This document shows positions 58,932-64,000 of a stretch of 64,000 nucleotides of DNA, piece by piece. How positions within the stretch are numbered: position 1 is the first letter of the stretch; every line of letters begins with the position of its first letter. The translations under genes were made by a program, and so were the position numbers. The stretch is from an uncultured Candidatus Bathyarchaeia archaeon (lineage in GTDB: Archaea; Thermoproteota; Bathyarchaeia; Bathyarchaeales; Bathyarchaeaceae): assembly GCA_964623205.1 (NCBI GenBank), contig CAZUQX010000005.1, positions 43,826 through 107,825 of the forward strand, given 5' to 3'. The notes beneath the pieces were generated by a model, which had not been told where the DNA came from, ran no database searches, and was given only the letters and a program-made list of their open reading frames with translations.

Positions 58932-60485
58932 TCATTCTCTGAGCCTCAGAAGAACACCATCAATCGTTGCTTCAGCCTCTTCGCTTCTGCGAGTGTATTC
59001 GTCCATAAGCTTTCCATACGCACCCTTGGACACCTCACCGCGCCTGTATCTAGATTCTACTCGTTGAATATCCCTCTCCGCTCCTTCAAGATTTGTTTCA
59101 GCCACCTCGATCTGTCTCATCATGTCTGCATACTTGGGACCAGCAGCCCGTATCTTCTCATGAAGAGAAGAGAGGTCCCTAGAAATCGTGGAGAGACGTC
59201 CGTCCAGCATTCTTTTCCGAATCTTAAATCTGCGTCTAGGAATTTTTCCCTTCCGTAACCGCTCTTCCATGGATTCAAGCTCTGACTTAATCCTTGTTTT
59301 TTCTTCATAGGCATCAACGAATCTCCTGATGTCCTCTGGTGGAACCGCAATTATCGGAGCTGTAATGGGCTTGGGAGCTTTCCAGAGAAAGGCAAAGGCA
59401 GATACGATAACAACCAAGACCCCCACCCACATAGTGGGGTAGAAAGAAGACCAGAACACAAGATACCTATAATTGATATCAAAGTTGAGATTGTCAGACG
59501 GCGTCACCTCAGAGAAAGCAAAGGTTACTGTGTCCTTAAGACCACCTTTTTCGATGCTGTGAGTGTCACTAGGATCGGAGGATTGGAACTCGGCGCCTTC
59601 AGGGAGAGTTATGGAGACGGTTAACTCTCCTATCGTCCAATTGAATTGTTCATAGAAGGTATAATGTAAGTTGTAGTCAAGTCCATCCTGTTGAGTGATG
59701 TAGTTTTCCCACGGAACATAATAACTTTGATAAAGCATTGCTGTTTTGTTTGCATAGAAAAATGTTCTAAGATACACAATTATCGTTCCGCTTCCCAAGT
59801 ACACCTCAAGATTACCCATCTCGTCCCGCACCGTGACGTCGTAGGCATCTTCAGGGAAACCAAATTCAACACTATCTATGTCATCCCCAAAGTTAGTCAT
59901 AGAGTAGGTGTTTGTAATGTGAATGCTTCCCCCCGGTCCTAAAATTATCTCTCGTTTTATCTCATCGAATTGGTAGTCGACTATAATGGGCTCGGGCTGG
60001 AAATCGCTGTAATAATAATCCCCTGTCAGGGGAATATCATACTTAGAGTCGATTGGATCGTCAGATTCGGCGTAGAGGTCGATGATAGAAACCGAAATAG
60101 GACTAATGCCTGAACTATAGATGTCTGTGCCATCTAGGGAGACGTATAAAACCTGAATGCCCACATCAAAGTTCATAGAACTCTGGTTTGAGACGTTGAT
60201 GACAGTATATGATGAATCAACAAGTCCCGTCACCTCCACCTGAAATGTTCCTGCAGTGGAAACGTTAACCTCGACTCCAAGCTCTAAATAATTGAAGAGT
60301 CCATCATCATCAGTATCCACTCCCCTATCGTAGATTGTGCCAGTAAGACTTGCCTCGGGAGTTTGGGCACTAACTGGGCATAATTGCACCGAGAAAAGCG
60401 ATAATGTTGAAACGACCAGAAGAGAAATTACTAGCATCAGTGAAATTCTTTTGAGCGTATACGCATTCTTCAAGTCAAACACCAT
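58932..60485 (-). CDS. Single-pass membrane protein: acidic N-terminal domain, ribophorin-I-like domain, TM, cytoplasmic coiled coil
   Basis: Signal peptide; DTDDDGLFN loop; KREI, RD..G.L, ITLPEGA, I.Y.Y before TM. Confidence 0.65.
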   Translation of the reverse strand: MVFDLKNAYTLKRISLMLVISLLVVSTLSLFSVQLCPVSAQTPEASLTGTIYDRGVDTDDDGLFNYLELGVEVNVSTAGTFQVEVTGLVDSSYTVINVSNQSSMNFDVGIQVLYVSLDGTDIYSSGISPISVSIIDLYAESDDPIDSKYDIPLTGDYYYSDFQPEPIIVDYQFDEIKREIILGPGGSIHITNTYSMTNFGDDIDSVEFGFPEDAYDVTVRDEMGNLEVYLGSGTIIVYLRTFFYANKTAMLYQSYYVPWENYITQQDGLDYNLHYTFYEQFNWTIGELTVSITLPEGAEFQSSDPSDTHSIEKGGLKDTVTFAFSEVTPSDNLNFDINYRYLVFWSSFYPTMWVGVLVVIVSAFAFLWKAPKPITAPIIAVPPEDIRRFVDAYEEKTRIKSELESMEERLRKGKIPRRRFKIRKRMLDGRLSTISRDLSSLHEKIRAAGPKYADMMRQIEVAETNLEGAERDIQRVESRYRRGEVSKGAYGKLMDEYTRRSEEAEATIDGVLLRLRE

Positions 60486-60592
60486 TTTGGGACAATTTTT
60501 TTGGTTGCTTCCCTAATATCAGCAAATACCCTTATTTACTTTTAGGAAACCAAAGCAACGATGGCAAAACATTCACGAACCATAAAAGGAGA

Positions 60593-60813
60593 GTGATTTT
60601 TTTATCGAGTAGTGTTACGGAGACCTTTCTCTCGGCATTAAAAAGTCAGCTTCTGCTACTTGGAAAAGAGGGATAACGCTTTTTGTTGAATGGTATGGTA
60701 AGGACATAGCGACGATTCTGGAAGAAAGAAAAGACGATTTAACGCCAAGAAAAGGCGAGAAGCCAAAAAAGTCTTTCACGAACTTGAAGAAGCTGAAGAA
60801 ATGGAAGAGTTAA
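60593..60813 (+). pseudogene. Possible frameshifted N-terminal remnant of an integrase
   Basis: SSVTETFL/GIKKSASATWKRGITLFVEWYGKDIATILEERKDDLTPRKGE resembles the helical N-domain of archaeal tyrosine integrases (cf. 35427). Confidence 0.4.
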
Positions 60814-60971
60814 CCTGCACTCTCTCCTTTTTCTGTTTTTGGAATTCTGCACAGTATAGTTGGTTACCAAGGTGTTTTTTCGAGGGACAAACTAGTGTAG
60901 CGTTTACGCGTGCATTAGACTATTAAGTGCAGGATGTAATTTTGTATGTAGTATATCACTAGGTAAAGGGG

Positions 60972-61190
60972 GTGATGGTTAGGTTGAAAGAATATGATTG
61001 TGTGCAAATTACTCATCACAAAAGGATTGCAGAAGTGATTGAGGAATACGAAGATGATGGGTGGCGTCTACACACCTATCAAGCTCAGGGCTCCGCAACC
61101 ATCGTTAACCATTACTTGCTATTTGAAAGAGAAAAAGGCAAGAAAACACCGTCATCGGTTAAAGCAGCCGCTGCTGCTGCCGCCGCTTAG
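60972..61190 (+). CDS. DUF4177-like small protein
   Basis: EY, GWRL, LLFER pattern; poly-Ala tail. Confidence 0.65.
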   Translation: MMVRLKEYDCVQITHHKRIAEVIEEYEDDGWRLHTYQAQGSATIVNHYLLFEREKGKKTPSSVKAAAAAAAA

Positions 61191-61242
61191 TGCATGTGCG
61201 CGCAGAAAAACAAAAAACGCGTGAACTTTCATTCTACGTATT

Positions 61243-61575
61243 TCATACCGCGCCCACACAAATACGGGCGCCCATGTTAACTCTTGCGGATTCTAGATAT
61301 TTTGTGAATTCTAAGAATTCCTGATTATGGACTAATGGAAAAGGATAACCCATCTTATTGAATAAATTCTTCATTATTCTGATTTCAAGGACTTTTGCTC
61401 CCACTCCAAAAATGTTCTCGATAGCTTCTGTAAATTCTTCGATTCTACATGGGATGTCTTTCTTATTGAGGTTAAATCTTTTTTCGATATGGAAATAGAT
61501 TGCTTGTTTACACGTTTCTCCGACTGAAGAGAGTCCTTCATCTACTGCTTCCAGCAAGAGTTCTTCAAAGTTCAT
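61243..61575 (-). CDS. Small helical protein (DUF3227/NitrOD5-like), copy 2
   Basis: Closely similar to 39959-40297. Confidence 0.75.
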   Translation of the reverse strand: MNFEELLLEAVDEGLSSVGETCKQAIYFHIEKRFNLNKKDIPCRIEEFTEAIENIFGVGAKVLEIRIMKNLFNKMGYPFPLVHNQEFLEFTKYLESARVNMGARICVGAV

Positions 61576-61732
61576 TTTTTTCTGTCAACCTCCATTTTCG
61601 GAATGGAATCACCTTTTCCGTTTTTGATCCGTAAACTTCAGTTGCTGTTCTAAAATTTCGTATTTGTGATTTTGTGGAAATTGGATCAAAATGCGTTTTG
61701 TATAGATACCAGTTTGTCGTAAAAACCGCCAT
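61565..61732 (-). CDS. 55-aa upstream ORF coupled to the downstream gene, copy 2
   Basis: MAVFTTNWYLYKTHF...RKWRLTEKNEL; AGGTGA RBS. Confidence 0.65.
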   Translation of the reverse strand: MAVFTTNWYLYKTHFDPISTKSQIRNFRTATEVYGSKTEKVIPFRKWRLTEKNEL

Positions 61733-61744
61733 TTTTCTCACCTA

Positions 61745-61823
61745 TTGTTTCTATGTTCAATTGTTCTTCTGTTTTACTCCAATACATATCATATCTTATT
61801 ACTTAATATACCCTTTATTTCCC
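61745..61823 (-). promoter_or_regulatory. 79-bp promoter/leader block, copy 2
   Basis: 77/79 identical to 40471-40549. Confidence 0.75.
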
Positions 61824-61928
61824 GCATTTATATATTCCAAAAACCGATATATGTCCAAAAAAATACATGTTTGCACACAAAGCGAAGTGGAAGAGCGCGC
61901 ATGCCCGCTCTCTTCTTTTTTTAACCGT

Positions 61929-62492
61929 TTAAACGATGTATCCGTGGTTTGGTTTCTCGAAGTCCTTCACGATTTCCATGGTTTGTTTAGGTGTTGCCAT
62001 TCTGTTTAATGGAATGCCTTTGATGAGAACCCACGGACTCTTTTCAGCCAAAGTGGTGACTATATGATCGTCTCCGAAACAGGCTCTGGATACATCGTAG
62101 ACTAGGGAATGAACTTCAGCCTCTGAGATGTGCCCCAACGCATGAAGGTACTCATGAGTTAGCAAGCTGTAGACGAAGGCATTCACGAGTCTCCTTGATT
62201 TTGTTATTGCCTCAACAATGCTAACCAGACTTCGGTTCAGCACTATATTGTTGGTGCCCAGAGGGTGGTATGCACCTAAATGAAGAGGCAGATCGTCCAA
62301 GAAGAGCAGCATACCAAGTCTCTGTTCGCCTAAAGAAGCCTTGACGGTATCCTTAACTATCTCCCAGACTCCGCTGAACCCTTCAGCCTCATCAATCCTC
62401 GACCTAAAGCTCTCAACATCGGAGAATTCTTTTCCTATCTCAGGCTCTCTGTCCCTCAATAGCCGGTCTCTTTGAAACTCTGCTGCAAACAA
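61929..62492 (-). CDS. Zincin-like HExxH protein
   Basis: LGAYHP...NNIVLN, THEYLHALG...E; start uncertain. Confidence 0.75.
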   Translation of the reverse strand: MFAAEFQRDRLLRDREPEIGKEFSDVESFRSRIDEAEGFSGVWEIVKDTVKASLGEQRLGMLLFLDDLPLHLGAYHPLGTNNIVLNRSLVSIVEAITKSRRLVNAFVYSLLTHEYLHALGHISEAEVHSLVYDVSRACFGDDHIVTTLAEKSPWVLIKGIPLNRMATPKQTMEIVKDFEKPNHGYIV

Positions 62493-62503
62493 GCCATCTA
62501 TCT

Positions 62504-63064
62504 TTATGCTCCTTCTCCCTCCAGTTTTTTAGCTATCTCCTCGATCTTTCTGGCGGCGTCATCCAGTATCTCTGTGGCTTGGGCAGCCGCCTCCTCTGAA
62601 TACTCCTGCCGCAGATTATCTAGGAGTATCCAGCTGGATTTCACGAGTTTTTTTCCTGCCTCGATAAGACCTCGACAATTTTTGGGGTGTTGGTCGAACC
62701 ATCTGGATCCAATGAATGGGGGTGCGAAGAAACCGATCCTTTCTCGGAGCTCTTTCTTCCTCTTAACATGTTCTCCGAAAAAATTTTTGCCCTGTTCTGT
62801 GAGGGCGTAGCGTTTCACTCCCGGTTCTTGCTGTTGCAGCTCTGTGGAGTATCCCTTTTCTTGCAGCCATGCCAAGAGGGGGTAGATAGAGCCGGGGCTG
62901 GGTCTCCAGTGTCCACCTGTTCGTTTCTCAATTTCACTCATAATTTCTGAGCCTGACATGGGCTTTTCATTTAGCAGCCTTAGTACGTAGTATCTCAGGA
63001 AGCCTTTTGGAACGGCAGCCATATGCCTCATCCAGTGACCGAAATGGGGATGTGGTCCAAACAT
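62504..63064 (-). CDS. PadR-family regulator
   Basis: PKGFLR, WRPSPGSIYPLL, KRY.LT..G. Confidence 0.92.
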   Translation of the reverse strand: MFGPHPHFGHWMRHMAAVPKGFLRYYVLRLLNEKPMSGSEIMSEIEKRTGGHWRPSPGSIYPLLAWLQEKGYSTELQQQEPGVKRYALTEQGKNFFGEHVKRKKELRERIGFFAPPFIGSRWFDQHPKNCRGLIEAGKKLVKSSWILLDNLRQEYSEEAAAQATEILDDAARKIEEIAKKLEGEGA

Positions 63065-63093
63065 TTTTCTAATTCACCTAACAGCAATCATTA

Positions 63094-63115
63094 TTGATAT
63101 CGAAATAGATATCAA
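63094..63115. promoter_or_regulatory. Perfect inverted repeat upstream of padR (candidate autoregulatory operator)
   Basis: TTGATATC-GAAATA-GATATCAA between the TATA-like box and the RBS. Confidence 0.65.
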
Positions 63116-63164
63116 CATCGATATTAATAAACCTTTTCGCTTCTCAACCGACAACAATTACATC

Positions 63165-64000
63165 CTAACCGCTTCTGCCGGATCGACCACGAAAACGGTG
63201 CGCCTGAAACACTTTTAATCCAAGAACAAAAGCAATCATCAGAAGAGCTGCGCTAGTAAAGAAGGCGATATTTAATCCAGCAATTTCGGCAATGAGACCT
63301 CCAATCAGAGGACCGGGAATCCGCGCGATGCTTCCCACAGATTGGGCGACTCCCAACATACCCCCCTGCTCATCTGCGGCGGTTCTCTTCGAAATGAAGC
63401 TAATAAGAACAGTGCCTAATGTGCCGATGCCGGACGATATCATTGTAAGGGAGGAAAAAAAGACTATAATATTGGGGGTCAAGGGCATAATGAATACTCC
63501 AAGCATCATCAACAGAGAACCTAAGATCATGAGGTTCTCCTCTCCCCACCTTTTAGTCAATCTTCCAATCAATATGCCCTGAAGGATAATCTGCACCACT
63601 CCAATATACATGAAAAAATAGGACATTTCAACTTCGCCAAAATCGAAAAAGGATATTCCCAGTAATGGCACTATGACAGGTATGGCTGAAAACGCCAAAG
63701 TTGTGATGAAGAGAATTGTGAAAACGGCGCCTATCAGCGGTTTTGTTAGAGCAGTTGCAAGTTTGCGCCAGTAGCCATCATGAGATTTTGCTGACACTTG
63801 AATCTTGGAGGCAGGATTATTCGACTCTGGTAGAAAAAGGAACGCGAAAAGAAGGTTTATCCCGTTCAGAGCAGCAGCTGCGAAGCCGGGCACTGAAAAT
63901 CCATAGATGCTCAGGAAGCCTCCGATAGCAGGTCCTATTATGAAACCTGCGCCATGGGCTGCACCCACCTTGCCCATTCCGGTTGCCCTATCCTTTTCGG
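63165..64000 (-). CDS. MFS (TetA-like) transporter, 3' part; starts beyond window
   Basis: GFIIGPAIGG, F.FLPES, EQG...G, RI.GP..GG. Confidence 0.9.
   Translation of the reverse strand, partial: EKDRATGMGKVGAAHGAGFIIGPAIGGFLSIYGFSVPGFAAAALNGINLLFAFLFLPESNNPASKIQVSAKSHDGYWRKLATALTKPLIGAVFTILFITTLAFSAIPVIVPLLGISFFDFGEVEMSYFFMYIGVVQIILQGILIGRLTKRWGEENLMILGSLLMMLGVFIMPLTPNIIVFFSSLTMISSGIGTLGTVLISFISKRTAADEQGGMLGVAQSVGSIARIPGPLIGGLIAEIAGLNIAFFTSAALLMIAFVLGLKVFQAHRFRGRSGRSG

Noticed and set aside
61163-61187. GCN repeat giving a poly-Ala tail
   Set aside because: Short imperfect microsatellite with no evidence of function
61674-62009. Plus-strand 111-aa ORF
   Set aside because: Antisense to the conserved promoter and small ORF; low-complexity F/Y/I composition typical of AT-rich non-coding DNA
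1-64000. CRISPR array, tRNA or rRNA genes
   Set aside because: No regularly spaced 25-40 bp repeats, cloverleaf/T-loop context or rRNA-like tract was found by eye

Overview
Archaeal chromosomal segment. Gene content (fwdDBAC, ftr, mch, archaeal EF-2, L3/L4/L23/L2, a thaumarchaeosortase-like gene, a ribophorin-I-like gene) points to Bathyarchaeia; this is inference from gene families, not a database result. 1-35.2 kb is housekeeping and C1 metabolism: the H4MPT/methanofuran branch with a methylotroph-type NAD(P)-dependent Mtd, a HydC/HydB-like module whose third subunit is fused to an FrhB-type F420 domain, three paralogous Pol-beta nucleotidyltransferases, a degenerate CysRS paralogue and an unannotated box C/D sRNA. 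About 35.3-45.9 kb is an AT-richer integrated element with two tyrosine recombinases, an RHH gene, a wHTH protein with iteron-like repeats, a helicase IV-like gene and a recurring ACGAAGAG motif at gene boundaries. 46-64 kb carries EF-2, a PadR/ABC exporter, a ribosomal operon interrupted by a DedA/VTT gene, and a second copy of a two-gene cassette also found in the element. No rRNA, tRNA or CRISPR array was seen. All calls were made by eye from motifs; no searches were run.
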